Assembly: GCA_964459095.1 (NCBI GenBank) | Contig: CAYWKL010000001.1 | Location: 21,253 to 85,252 of the forward strand | Direction: 5' to 3' | Source of the DNA: an uncultured Gammaproteobacteria bacterium | GTDB lineage: Bacteria > Patescibacteriota > Microgenomatia > Daviesbacterales > UBA10151 | Length of the DNA stretch: 64,000 nucleotides | Shown: positions 1 to 9,935 of the stretch, piece by piece | Position numbering within the stretch: position 1 is the stretch's first letter | How the letters are laid out: the number at the start of each line of letters is the position of its first letter | Notes under the pieces: model-generated | Seen by the model: the letters and a program-made list of their open reading frames with translations, nothing else | Told to the model about the DNA's origin: nothing | Database searches by the model: none | Position numbers and translations under genes: made by a program

Positions 1-1
1 T

Positions 2-832
2 GCCTCAATTGACGAAATAAATGAGGAAGCAAACCCTGATTATGCTGTAGCAAATTTTGCCTGGGCAACAAGAGGATTTTACTGGTGGATGAACAGTTTA
101 CCTGAGGATTTTTTAAGATTTAATTTCCAAAAACCTATTGGTGTGCTTGAGTTTTCTTATCCAGCAATTGCTTTGCGGGAAATTGAACCATACTCTATAT
201 TTCCTGTTTTTAATACCTGGACTGCTCCGGATACAGACTTTATCGTAATTAAGGTTCCTAAGTTTAGGGTTTTAGATAAACAGGAGATTACAAAGTATGA
301 TTTCAGATCAAATACAAATAATTGGACTACGGAAGGATTATACTGGGAAGAAAATACTATTCTCTCATCTGAAGACGAAGGTCTAATAGTGGATAAACAA
401 TCGTCTAGACTGCCTAGTCCCAGATGGCAATCATCACCTGTAGATATTGATGGATGGAGGGGCTTTGAAATAGAATTCACAACAATAACAGAAACGGACT
501 CAGAAAAAATTAAAGGCGGATTTGTTTATGTAAATTTCTATAAAAGCCAAGAAGATGCGAAGCAGTCTAAAAACAGGATAGGGGTAAGAGTGAGTTCCAG
601 GACTAACGTGCCAAATATTTGGCTTAATAAATCATTGATTGGGACAGTGCCAAAAGATGCTAGATATATGACTATTGCTTTTTATGCATATGAAACATCA
701 ACTTCTAAAAGCATTTTACAGACATTAACTTTATATAAAGCGGATGTTGAGGTAGATTTGGGAGGAGTTAAAGTTACACCAATTCATATCGATCAAAATA
801 ATTTATTCCCCAACAGCCATGGGAACTTATAA
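2..832 (+). CDS. 5'-truncated gene: C-terminal extracytoplasmic part with a carbohydrate-binding-module-like beta-sandwich (probably the tail of a membrane glycosyltransferase)
   Basis: Frame is open from position 2 (ASIDEINEEANPDYAVANFAWATRGFYWW-MNS), so the ATG at 89 is internal. Beta-rich segment RWQSSPVDI...GGFVYVNFY...GTVPKDARYMTIAFY resembles galactose-binding-like CBM folds. Confidence 0.5.
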   Translation, partial: ASIDEINEEANPDYAVANFAWATRGFYWWMNSLPEDFLRFNFQKPIGVLEFSYPAIALREIEPYSIFPVFNTWTAPDTDFIVIKVPKFRVLDKQEITKYDFRSNTNNWTTEGLYWEENTILSSEDEGLIVDKQSSRLPSPRWQSSPVDIDGWRGFEIEFTTITETDSEKIKGGFVYVNFYKSQEDAKQSKNRIGVRVSSRTNVPNIWLNKSLIGTVPKDARYMTIAFYAYETSTSKSILQTLTLYKADVEVDLGGVKVTPIHIDQNNLFPNSHGNL

Positions 833-839
833 ATTTTTT

Positions 840-848
840 TGATAGAAT
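840..848 (+). promoter_or_regulatory. Extended -10 promoter (TGaTAGAAT), probably leaderless transcript
   Basis: TG 840-841, TAGAAT 843-848, 7 nt before ATG 856; no Shine-Dalgarno. Confidence 0.6.
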
Positions 849-855
849 AATCGAT

Positions 856-1860
856 ATGAAAAGATTAGCTCTTATAGGCTATGGGTATTGGGGACCTAAT
901 ATCTTAAGAAATTTATTTGATACTCCAAATACTGAAGTTGTTTATTTAGCTGATTTGTCAAAAGATAGACTTAATTTAGCAAAAAAAAGATACCCTTCAA
1001 TTAAAACAACTGAAAATATTGATTTAATTCTGAATGATCCTTCAATTGACGGAGTAATAATTGCAACACCTACAAAAACTCATTTTTCACTCGGACAAAA
1101 GTTTTTAAATCTAGGAAAAAATATTTTAATAGAAAAACCAATGACCCAAAATTTGGAAGAAGCAATTAACTTAGTTAGGCTTTCCAAAAAAAAGAAAAAA
1201 TTGCTTATGGTAGATCACACGTTTTTATTTAACGATGCAGTTATAAAAATCAAGGATTTAATTGATAAAGGAGAGTTAGGAAATATTTTATATATAGACT
1301 CAGTTAGGGCTAACCTTGGGCTTTTTCAAACAGATGTTAATGTAATCTATGATCTCGCTTCACATGATTTTTCAATAATTCAATATTTTCTTGAATCTAA
1401 ACCCAAATCAATAAAAGCAACAGGCGCATCCCATTACAGCAAACAGGAAGATGTTGCATACATTAGCGCAAAGTACCCAAATAATATAATGGCACATGTT
1501 CATGTAAGTTGGCTTTCTCCTTTAAAAATAAGAAGAATGATGATAATAGGAACAAAAAAAATGATAGTTTATGATGACACCGAAACTGCTGAAAAAATAA
1601 GAGTTTATGATAAAGGGATTATTATGGATTTAAATAGTGCATTAGCTGAGCAAATAAAGATTGGATACAGGTCTGGGGATGCTTGGTTACCGAAAGTAAA
1701 CATAATAGAACCATTAAGTCTAATGCTTGAAGAATTTGTTAGAGGTATAGAAAAGAAAAAGGGAGAAGTTAAAAGTTCCGGGAACTTTGCCTTAAGCGTG
1801 ATGGAAACTCTTGACGGCGCTACTAAATCCGTTAGAACAGGAAGAAAGGTAAATCTATAA
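856..1860 (+). CDS. Gfo/Idh/MocA family oxidoreductase (WbpB/WlbA-like NDP-sugar dehydrogenase)
   Basis: N-terminal GYGYWG Rossmann motif, IATP..TH, EKP, DLASHD motifs. Confidence 0.85.
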   Translation: MKRLALIGYGYWGPNILRNLFDTPNTEVVYLADLSKDRLNLAKKRYPSIKTTENIDLILNDPSIDGVIIATPTKTHFSLGQKFLNLGKNILIEKPMTQNLEEAINLVRLSKKKKKLLMVDHTFLFNDAVIKIKDLIDKGELGNILYIDSVRANLGLFQTDVNVIYDLASHDFSIIQYFLESKPKSIKATGASHYSKQEDVAYISAKYPNNIMAHVHVSWLSPLKIRRMMIIGTKKMIVYDDTETAEKIRVYDKGIIMDLNSALAEQIKIGYRSGDAWLPKVNIIEPLSLMLEEFVRGIEKKKGEVKSSGNFALSVMETLDGATKSVRTGRKVNL

Positions 1861-2330
1861 TGCCTGTTTCAAAAGATACAAAACTTGGAAAAAATGTAAA
1901 AATTTTCCATAAAGATTTAGTGAATATTTACGGATGCCAGATTGGTGATAATAGCATTATTGGTGCTTTTGTAGAAATTAAACCCACTGCTAAAATTGGA
2001 AAAAATGTAAAAATTCAAGCAGGAGCATTTATCCCTGAAGGTGTAATTATAGAAGACGGAGTTTTTATTGGACCCCATGTTGTTTTTACTAATGATCTTT
2101 ATCCAAGGGCTATTAATGAGGATGGGACTTTAAAGAAATCAAAAGATTGGCAGATAACTCCAACTTTTGTTAAAAAGGGTGCATCAATTGGTGCTAATGC
2201 AACTATACTTTGTGGAATAACAATTGGAGAAAAAGCAATGATTGGAGTAGGAGCTGTTGTGACAAAAAGTATCCCTGATAAAGCAATTGCTATTGGAAAC
2301 CCTGCAAAAATTAAAAGATATCTTAAATAA
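1860..2330 (+). CDS. Hexapeptide-repeat N-acetyltransferase (WbpD/WlbB-like)
   Basis: Left-handed beta-helix repeats, FIGPHVVFTNDLYPR, GASIGANATILCG, GNPAK. Confidence 0.85.
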   Translation: MPVSKDTKLGKNVKIFHKDLVNIYGCQIGDNSIIGAFVEIKPTAKIGKNVKIQAGAFIPEGVIIEDGVFIGPHVVFTNDLYPRAINEDGTLKKSKDWQITPTFVKKGASIGANATILCGITIGEKAMIGVGAVVTKSIPDKAIAIGNPAKIKRYLK

Positions 2331-2332
2331 AT

Positions 2333-3439
2333 ATGCACATCCCCCTAGTAGACTTGAAATCTCAATACAAGGATATAGAAAGCTCAGTTAATAAAGAGGT
2401 ATTAAAAGTTTTAAGAGAAGGAGATTTCATTTTAGGTAAAAGTGTAGATAAGTTTGAAAAGAAATTTGCTGATTATATTGGGGTTAAATATTGTATTGGG
2501 GTGGCATCTGGGACTGACGCCCTACTTTTATCTCTAAAAGCTCTAGGTGTAGGCAAAGGAGATGAGGTAATTACAGTTCCAAATACTTTTATCGCTACAG
2601 TTTTTCCAATCATTCTCCTTGGGGCAAGGCCAGTTTTTGTGGACATAGATCCTAAAACTTATCAAATTGATACAGAAAAACTAAAGGAGACAGTCACTAA
2701 AAAAACAAAGGTAATTTTACCAGTACATTTATTTGGAATTCCTGCAAACATGAAAGAGATATTAAGTCTTGCAAGAAGTTCCAATATTTCTGTACTCGAG
2801 GATACTGCTCAAGCACATGGAAGTTCTATAGAAAGCAAAAAATGCGGATCATTTGGTGATATTTCTGCCTTTTCATTTTATCCAGGCAAAAATTTAGGCG
2901 CAGCAGGAGATGGCGGAGCTGTTGTCACAAATAGTGCAAGGCTTGCAAATCTAATAAAAAGTATGCGCAATATTGGGCAATCAAAAAAATATAAGCATGA
3001 TATTTTTGGGTTTAATAGCCGCCTTGACTCTCTGCAGGCAGCCGTACTTTTAGTAAAACTAAAACTTCTTGACAAGTGGAATACTAAAAGAAGAAGCCTT
3101 GCAAATAAGTATAAGCAGTTACTTAAAGATTTACCAATTATTTTACCACCGGATCTTCCTACTGGATTTTTAGAAAACTTTCATTTATATATAATCCGAA
3201 CAAAAAAAAGAGAAAAATTAATGGATTATTTAAAATCAAAAAAAGTTTTTTGCGGAATACATTATCCTATTCCAGTACATCTACAAAAATCACTGAAATA
3301 CTTAGGGTTTAAAAAGGGGGATTTCCCTATTACTGAAAAATATGCAAACGAAGTGCTCTCGCTTCCAATTTTTCCACAAATGAGTGAGGAGCAGGTATTT
3401 AGAGTTTCATCACTTATTCACAAATTTTTTAAAAAATGA
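2333..3439 (+). CDS. DegT/DnrJ/EryC1/StrS PLP-dependent sugar aminotransferase (WbpE/WlbC-like)
   Basis: SGTDAL, EDTAQAHG, SFYPGKNLGAAGDGG, NSRLDSLQAA motifs. Confidence 0.9.
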   Translation: MHIPLVDLKSQYKDIESSVNKEVLKVLREGDFILGKSVDKFEKKFADYIGVKYCIGVASGTDALLLSLKALGVGKGDEVITVPNTFIATVFPIILLGARPVFVDIDPKTYQIDTEKLKETVTKKTKVILPVHLFGIPANMKEILSLARSSNISVLEDTAQAHGSSIESKKCGSFGDISAFSFYPGKNLGAAGDGGAVVTNSARLANLIKSMRNIGQSKKYKHDIFGFNSRLDSLQAAVLLVKLKLLDKWNTKRRSLANKYKQLLKDLPIILPPDLPTGFLENFHLYIIRTKKREKLMDYLKSKKVFCGIHYPIPVHLQKSLKYLGFKKGDFPITEKYANEVLSLPIFPQMSEEQVFRVSSLIHKFFKK

Positions 3440-4395
3440 GTAGTTTAAAAATTGTAGTTACAGGTGGGGCAGGTTTAATTGGATCTTGGGTAGTTGATTA
3501 TCTCCTATCAGATAAAGATCTTAAAGTAAAAGAAATTGTTGTTTTAGACAATTTTTTTAGGGGAACAAGAGCTAATTTAAGAGAAGTTTTAAAAAATAAA
3601 AAGGTAAAGGTAGTTAAGGGTGATATCAGAGATATAAGTCTTGTAAATAAAGTAATAAAAAACGCAGATTTTGTAATACATGAAGCAGCAATAAGAATCA
3701 CTCAATGTGCTGAAAATCCAAGAGAGTGTAATGAAGTATTGGTTGACGGGACTTTTAACATTTTAGAAGCTTGTGTTAAACAAAAGGTAAAAAAACTAAT
3801 TTTTAACTCTTCTGCTTCTGTTTATGGAGACCCCTCATATCTTCCAATGGATGAGGATCACCCATACAATAATTTAACAGCCTATGGAGCTGGAAAAATT
3901 GCAAATGAACATATGGCAAAAGCTTTTAGAAAAATGTATGGATTAAATTATATGTGTCTGCGCCCTTTTAATGTATACGGACCAAGAATGGATATTTACG
4001 GCGCATATACAGAAGTTTTAATAAGGTGGCTTGATAGAATAGATGAAGGGCTTCCGCCAGTTATTCATGGCGATGGCAAACAATCAATGGATTTTGTGTA
4101 TGTTGAAGACGTTGCTAAAGCCACAATGTTAGCGTTAAAGTCCAAGATTAATGAAGGTGTTTATAATGTAGGGACTGGAAAAGAAACTGATCTTAGAACT
4201 TTATTAAATTTGCTTTTAAAGGTAAATAAATCAAAGTTAAAACCTATTTTTGAAAAGCAAAGAACTGCAACTCATGTTTCAAGAAGAAGAGCTGATATAA
4301 AAAAAGCAAAAAAGGATTTAGGGTTTGTTGCTAAAACATCTGTTAAGGAGGGTTTAAAAAAGTTAATTGAATGGAAAAAAGAAAGCGTCTTGTAA
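3436..4395 (+). CDS. NAD-dependent nucleotide-sugar epimerase/dehydratase
   Basis: TGGAGLIG, SSASVYG, YGAGK (YxxxK), RPFNVYGP. Confidence 0.9.
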   Translation: MSSLKIVVTGGAGLIGSWVVDYLLSDKDLKVKEIVVLDNFFRGTRANLREVLKNKKVKVVKGDIRDISLVNKVIKNADFVIHEAAIRITQCAENPRECNEVLVDGTFNILEACVKQKVKKLIFNSSASVYGDPSYLPMDEDHPYNNLTAYGAGKIANEHMAKAFRKMYGLNYMCLRPFNVYGPRMDIYGAYTEVLIRWLDRIDEGLPPVIHGDGKQSMDFVYVEDVAKATMLALKSKINEGVYNVGTGKETDLRTLLNLLLKVNKSKLKPIFEKQRTATHVSRRRADIKKAKKDLGFVAKTSVKEGLKKLIEWKKESVL

Positions 4396-4399
4396 AACC

Positions 4400-5524
4400 A
4401 TGAATATCCCCTTAACAAAACCCTACTTCAGCAAAGATGAAGAAGATGCAGTCATTAAGACCCTTAGGTCTGGCTGGGTTACGCAGGGTCCAAAAGTAGA
4501 GGAATTTGAGAATTTGGTAGCAAAATATACAGGAGCTAAGTATGCTAGCGCTGTTTCATCGGCCACAACTGGACTCTTTTTATCCCTTTATGCATTAGGT
4601 GTAGATCCTGGGGATGAGGTAATTGTTCCTTCTTTTACTTTTATTGCCTGTGCAAATGTAATTGTGCACTTAGGAGGACAACCAGTATTTGTTGATATAG
4701 ATTCTGAAACATATAATCTTAGTCCAGCTCTGGTTGAGAAGAAAGTTACTAAAAAAACTAAAGCAATAATTGCTGTAGATCAAATAGGACTTCCTTGTAA
4801 TATAAAAGAAATTTTAAAAATTGCTAGAAGAAATAATATTCATATTGTTGAAGATGCAGCATGTGCCATTGGAAGCAAGGTTAATGGAAAAATGGTGGGC
4901 AGTTTAGGACATTTAACAGTTTTTAGTTTTCATCCAAGAAAATCAATAACAACTGGTGATGGGGGAGTAATAGTAACAAACAATAAATCCTTAGATAAAA
5001 AGCTAAAGATGTTGAGGCAACACGGAATGTCTGTTTCTGACGTTAAAAGGCATAAATCAAACAAAGTAATTAAAGAATCTTACCGGTTTGTTGGTTTTAA
5101 TTTCAGAATGACAGACCTTCAAGCTGCAGTTGGAGTAGAGCAAATGAAAAAGCTTCCTGAAATACTTAAAAAAAGAAGACTTTTAGCAGAACGTTATACT
5201 AATGCATTTAAAAATAAAAAAAATATAATCACTCCTTTTGTTCCCAAGGGTTTTGTTCACAATTATCAATCTTATATGATTAGATTAAATACTAAAAAAG
5301 TAAGTGTTGCTGCTTTGAGGCAAAGACTATTAAATTTAGGAGTTAATACCAGGTTTGGAATTATGGCTTCTCACCTAGAACCTGCATATACAAAAATGAT
5401 GGGGAAAATTTCTTTACCTGAAACAGAAAAAGCAACAAGGCAAACTTTGATTTTACCCCTCTATTATCATATGACAAAAGAGCAACAAGAATTTGTCATT
5501 GATGAGATTTTAAAGGCAACTTAA
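4400..5524 (+). CDS. DegT/DnrJ/EryC1/StrS sugar aminotransferase (second copy)
   Basis: SGWVTQGP, EDAACAIG, SFHPRKSITTGDGG; start set to in-frame ATG at 4400 (MNIPLTKP) just after the upstream stop. Confidence 0.9.
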   Translation: MNIPLTKPYFSKDEEDAVIKTLRSGWVTQGPKVEEFENLVAKYTGAKYASAVSSATTGLFLSLYALGVDPGDEVIVPSFTFIACANVIVHLGGQPVFVDIDSETYNLSPALVEKKVTKKTKAIIAVDQIGLPCNIKEILKIARRNNIHIVEDAACAIGSKVNGKMVGSLGHLTVFSFHPRKSITTGDGGVIVTNNKSLDKKLKMLRQHGMSVSDVKRHKSNKVIKESYRFVGFNFRMTDLQAAVGVEQMKKLPEILKKRRLLAERYTNAFKNKKNIITPFVPKGFVHNYQSYMIRLNTKKVSVAALRQRLLNLGVNTRFGIMASHLEPAYTKMMGKISLPETEKATRQTLILPLYYHMTKEQQEFVIDEILKAT

Positions 5525-5531
5525 AAAATAA

Positions 5532-6653
5532 ATGGAAGATTTTGAGCACGGAATTCCTGACAATCCCTATAATAAGCATGCTTGGATACTGGGCAACCCT
5601 GAGATAGGGGAGGGTGTTTGGATAGGAGCCTTTTGTTTAATTGATGCTCTGCATTCACACTTAAAAATAGGGAAATGGTGTGATATTTCAAGCGGTGCAC
5701 AAATAATCACTCACTCAACTGTAAGAAGGTGCATATCTGAAAGAAAACTAAACTTTATTGATAAAGCACCAGTAGAGATTGGCGATTATTGCTTTATAGG
5801 GACAAATGCGGTAATTTTAATGGGAACAAAAATTGGCCACCACTCTGTTATAGCTGCAGGAGCGCTAGTAGAGGAAGATTCAAATATCCCCCCTTATTCT
5901 TTGGTTGCAGGCGTTCCTGCAAGAGTAATTGGGTCAAGCAGAAAGTACCTCAAAAATCTACCAATGGAGTCAGTGTCAGTTGTTATCCCTGCCTATAACG
6001 AGGAAGAAACAATAGAGGAGGTTGTCAAAGATGCCCTTAAAAATTTATCAATACTTGTAAAAGATTATGCGGTTGTCTTAGTTGATGATGGATCAAAAGA
6101 TAAAACAGGAAAAATTATTGATCAATTATCAAAGAAAAATAAGAAAGTAAGGGCTATTCATCACAAGAAAAATCAAGGATTTACAGGGGCCATAAAAACT
6201 AGTTTAAAATCTGGGACGAAAGATTTAATTTTTTTAGCTCCTGCTGATGGACAATTCAATTTTAAGGAACTAGGTGCTTTTATAAAAGCTATTAATGGAT
6301 ATGATTGTGCGGTTGGATACAGAATTAAAAACGAGGAGACTTTTATAAGAAAATTTAACTCCAAAGGCTTCCATTTGCTATCAAGAATTTTGCTAAATAT
6401 AAATTTAAAAGAGATTTCAACAGTATCAATGTGGAGAAAGACTATGATAGATTCATTAACAATAGATTCTAGCCAAGGGAGTGCAATGCTTCTACCTGAA
6501 ATTATAAGTAAGGCTATAAAAAGGGGGTTTAAATTTACTGAAGTACCTATTCACTGGTACGAGCGAAAAGGTGGGAAATCAAAAGGAGCTAATCCAATAG
6601 TTATAGTTAAAACATTTATAGAAATGCTTCGGTTGTCAATAAAGAATTTATAA
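5532..6653 (+). CDS. Fusion: hexapeptide-repeat acyltransferase + GT2 polyprenyl-phosphate glycosyltransferase-like domain
   Basis: N-terminal LbH repeats ending AGVPARVIG, then VSVVIPAYNEE, VDDGSKD, NQGFTGA, ADGQF in a single frame. Confidence 0.8.
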   Translation: MEDFEHGIPDNPYNKHAWILGNPEIGEGVWIGAFCLIDALHSHLKIGKWCDISSGAQIITHSTVRRCISERKLNFIDKAPVEIGDYCFIGTNAVILMGTKIGHHSVIAAGALVEEDSNIPPYSLVAGVPARVIGSSRKYLKNLPMESVSVVIPAYNEEETIEEVVKDALKNLSILVKDYAVVLVDDGSKDKTGKIIDQLSKKNKKVRAIHHKKNQGFTGAIKTSLKSGTKDLIFLAPADGQFNFKELGAFIKAINGYDCAVGYRIKNEETFIRKFNSKGFHLLSRILLNINLKEISTVSMWRKTMIDSLTIDSSQGSAMLLPEIISKAIKRGFKFTEVPIHWYERKGGKSKGANPIVIVKTFIEMLRLSIKNL

Positions 6654-6665
6654 ATAAGTTAATAC

Positions 6666-9401
6666 ATGCTAAGAAAATTTAGCTCAAAAATCTTTAAGTT
6701 CATAAATAATCATTTCTCACTTTTTTTATTGGCTGTAGTGTTTATCTCTTTAGGACAAATGATTTTTATGGATGTGTGGCAGGATGACCAAGCCCTTTTT
6801 TTTAAATTGGCCCACATAAATGAGCCAGCGGGATTCTTTGGGGATGGACCGTTTGGTGCAGGGCCCTATCGATATGCTGCTACCCCATTTATTCCGATTT
6901 ACCACTTCTTTAAATTTAACACTTACGCCTATTTTGCTTTTATGCTCACTTTATACGGTCTTGCAACCATTGCTTTATATAAAACTTTTAAACTTATTTT
7001 AGGAGATACTGCTGGAAAAGTTTCGGGATTCTTATTTGCAGCAGGGTACATAACTTCTGATGGCGCTTACAGAATGGCAAATAGTGTAACTACTAGTTTC
7101 TCAGTTATATTTGTGTCTTTAATTCTCTATTCTTACTGGAAATATTTAAGAAAAAGAGGAACTGTTTGGTATATTCTTGCACTTATCTTTTTCTTTCTAT
7201 CTCAAGAACTGGCTATTACAAGGATGCATTATTTTTTTGCAGTAATAATTATATTTGAGATTATTTTTTTTATCTGGGGGAGTTCAATCAAAAAAATATC
7301 CTTTGTAATTTTAAGATTAATCCCATTTTTTATAGTTTTTTATCATTACATGATTTCTGGTGGAGATCCACGAGTTGGAGAGTCTTCAAGTTATTTTTTT
7401 GCATTTCTAAACAATAAATTCTATTTATATTATGGATTTTTTGCATCCCTAGCTAATTTAATAATTCCTGACTGGCTACTTAAACCTATTTTCAATTTTT
7501 TATCTCAAGGCTCTAATTTAGGACTTTCAAATATTTCAAGATTAACACTTATTTTCTTGGTGCTTTTTTCTGCAACTGCTATTTTTTTTATTTTTAAAAA
7601 GAGTTTGAAGATTAAGATAACTTCATTTATCTTAATTATAAGTTGGCTCCTTTGGGCTAAAAACATTTTTAACACTCCTTTTTTAAGTCTTTCACCTTCT
7701 GATTTTTTTTCAGCTTATATAGGCGGAATAATATTAATAATTTATAGCTTAGGTATTTTTTACTTTGAGAGGTTTAAAAAAATTCTCATTTTTCTAGGAT
7801 TTTGGCTTGTGGGAAATATCATTGCATACTCAGCTTACTTCCCAACAGTTGCGTATGAAACAACTAACAGATATTTAACACATTCATTTCTGCCATTAGT
7901 AGCTATATACGGATTAATATTTAGCATTTGCATAAAAAAGAAGGGTTTTACTAAATATATAGCTTATTTAATTATGGTGATTGCCTTTCTTAATATTTTC
8001 GCTTCAATTCAATATCAGCAAAATATCCTAATTAGCAGAAGCTTTAAAACCAAGAGTTTTTATAGCCAGCTAAAAACTTTGCTCCCTGAAATAAAAAAGG
8101 GTGACATTATATTCTTTGATCTTGCTGATTCAAACCAAGGGATATATAAAGATGCTATCTCTGCCGCGATGATGCCCGATACTACCTCGTTTGCATGGAG
8201 ATATGGGATTGATAGGTATGATTTTAAGTTAACAAATGATTTCAATGAGTTATTAAAAATATTCTCTGATGAGAAAAAAAATCCCCAGCAAGTCCACTCT
8301 TTTTGGTTTTCAGGTAAAGACTTAGTTTCAACTTCCAAAGATGTAAGAAAATACTTACAGGGATCTCTAAATGTAGAAAAAGATATTGATCTTAACTTAA
8401 CATCAAATGCTCAATTAGAAAATAAAAACGACTCAACTTTATATAGTCAAGAAGATATTAAAATTGATTTTGAAGACCCAATTAAAAATTTGGTTCCATT
8501 AACTTTAAGTTTAATTATAAAAGCTAATCCTTTAGACTTAAGAGATCTGAAATTTCCACTAATAAACACTGCTTTAAATGAACCAACAAAAGTAAAATAT
8601 AGTTTGCTAGGTGTTAATGAAATTCTACATTTTTTTGAGTATCAAAAATTCAAGAATTCCTTCTATCAAAATTTAAAGTTAAAAACTTCAAGTAACTGGC
8701 AGGATAGAGTTTTAGAGAACTTGATGGATCAGGACTCATCTAGTGTTTGGCAATCTGATAGAGTTCTATGGAGGGATAACAGAGCTCTTGTAGAAATAGA
8801 ACTTCCGACCGAAAGTACGCTTAGTAAATTAGTTTGGGTAAATGGTTTTCCTAACAACACACCTATTTCCTATTCAATTGAAAGTTCCCTAGATGGAAAA
8901 AATTGGACTCAGGTATTAATAGTAAATAAAAATGAAAAAATAATTGACACAAGACCTCAAATAGTTAGTTTTAAACCTACAAAGGTAAAGCATATTCGTA
9001 TGGTTATAACAGCTACAATTGGAGGGGACTCCCCTAGCCTGTCAGAAATTTGGGTAGTTCCTTCAAGATTTAACGATTTGGAAATAGAAGAAGCTGAAAA
9101 TTATTTAACAAATCCCTTTCTGTATATCAGCGAAAAGAGCCATTTCTTCAACTTACTTAACTTAACCTCAAATACAGGCAAGACATCGCTTTATTGGAAA
9201 AATGATAAAAGTGAAGCTTTTCAAACAAGTAAAGATACACAAATTAATATAATCTATGATGGAATACCAAGAGTATACGAAACCCCTATTCCCGCAGGAG
9301 GATTAAACCTTTCAAGTATCATGTTATCGAATTTTACTATCCCCGGAGATATATCAATATTAAATATCAGCTCTTCAGTAAAGCCATTGAAAAAATTATG
9401 A
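6666..9401 (+). CDS. Polytopic GT-C-like membrane glycosyltransferase with C-terminal F5/8 type C (discoidin/CBM32-like) domain
   Basis: WQDD acidic motif after first TM, many TM helices, then ENLMDQDSSSVWQS...YSIESSLDGKNWTQV...KHIRMVIT...LSEIWV discoidin signature. Confidence 0.7.
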   Translation: MLRKFSSKIFKFINNHFSLFLLAVVFISLGQMIFMDVWQDDQALFFKLAHINEPAGFFGDGPFGAGPYRYAATPFIPIYHFFKFNTYAYFAFMLTLYGLATIALYKTFKLILGDTAGKVSGFLFAAGYITSDGAYRMANSVTTSFSVIFVSLILYSYWKYLRKRGTVWYILALIFFFLSQELAITRMHYFFAVIIIFEIIFFIWGSSIKKISFVILRLIPFFIVFYHYMISGGDPRVGESSSYFFAFLNNKFYLYYGFFASLANLIIPDWLLKPIFNFLSQGSNLGLSNISRLTLIFLVLFSATAIFFIFKKSLKIKITSFILIISWLLWAKNIFNTPFLSLSPSDFFSAYIGGIILIIYSLGIFYFERFKKILIFLGFWLVGNIIAYSAYFPTVAYETTNRYLTHSFLPLVAIYGLIFSICIKKKGFTKYIAYLIMVIAFLNIFASIQYQQNILISRSFKTKSFYSQLKTLLPEIKKGDIIFFDLADSNQGIYKDAISAAMMPDTTSFAWRYGIDRYDFKLTNDFNELLKIFSDEKKNPQQVHSFWFSGKDLVSTSKDVRKYLQGSLNVEKDIDLNLTSNAQLENKNDSTLYSQEDIKIDFEDPIKNLVPLTLSLIIKANPLDLRDLKFPLINTALNEPTKVKYSLLGVNEILHFFEYQKFKNSFYQNLKLKTSSNWQDRVLENLMDQDSSSVWQSDRVLWRDNRALVEIELPTESTLSKLVWVNGFPNNTPISYSIESSLDGKNWTQVLIVNKNEKIIDTRPQIVSFKPTKVKHIRMVITATIGGDSPSLSEIWVVPSRFNDLEIEEAENYLTNPFLYISEKSHFFNLLNLTSNTGKTSLYWKNDKSEAFQTSKDTQINIIYDGIPRVYETPIPAGGLNLSSIMLSNFTIPGDISILNISSSVKPLKKL

Positions 9402-9935
9402 TTTCAATTGTTTAAGCAAGTCTTTAACACTGTCAATATTTATTTGGATATCTTTTTGTTGTGCACTTGGAACACTTATTTTAATTGAGTTAAGAACAAT
9501 AAGTTGTTTATCTAGGGACTCAATAATTTTTATCTTAAGTAAATCTGCTGTTTCATTATCTTCTCTGGATAGTTCTTCATATAAAGAAACAGCATTTTTT
9601 CTTCTGTTTTGAGCATTGCTCATGGTTTTCAATGCGTTACTATAACCTTTATTATTGTATAAATATTCACCTTCTATCAATCTCTTTTCAGATAAAGTTA
9701 AACTATATTCTGCTTTATTCGTTTTGCCAAACGTTATTAACTCTCTAATTGACTCTTTAAATTGTTTTAGTGGATAAAGCGGATCACCTAGCACCTTACC
9801 AGGAGTTATAGGAAAAAAGAGTTCATATGAGCTAGGAGGTGTTGCAGTTTTTTCTGCTTGGGCTTCCACCCTACCTACAATAAATATACCTGTAAACAAA
9901 AGGAGCGAAACAATGAATAAGTTAAGAATCTTCAT
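9396..9935 (-). CDS. Exported DUF5667-like protein
   Basis: Signal peptide, then PGKVLGDPLYPLKQFKESI...KAEYSLTLSEKRLIE helical motif typical of DUF5667. Confidence 0.65.
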   Translation of the reverse strand: MKILNLFIVSLLLFTGIFIVGRVEAQAEKTATPPSSYELFFPITPGKVLGDPLYPLKQFKESIRELITFGKTNKAEYSLTLSEKRLIEGEYLYNNKGYSNALKTMSNAQNRRKNAVSLYEELSREDNETADLLKIKIIESLDKQLIVLNSIKISVPSAQQKDIQINIDSVKDLLKQLKS

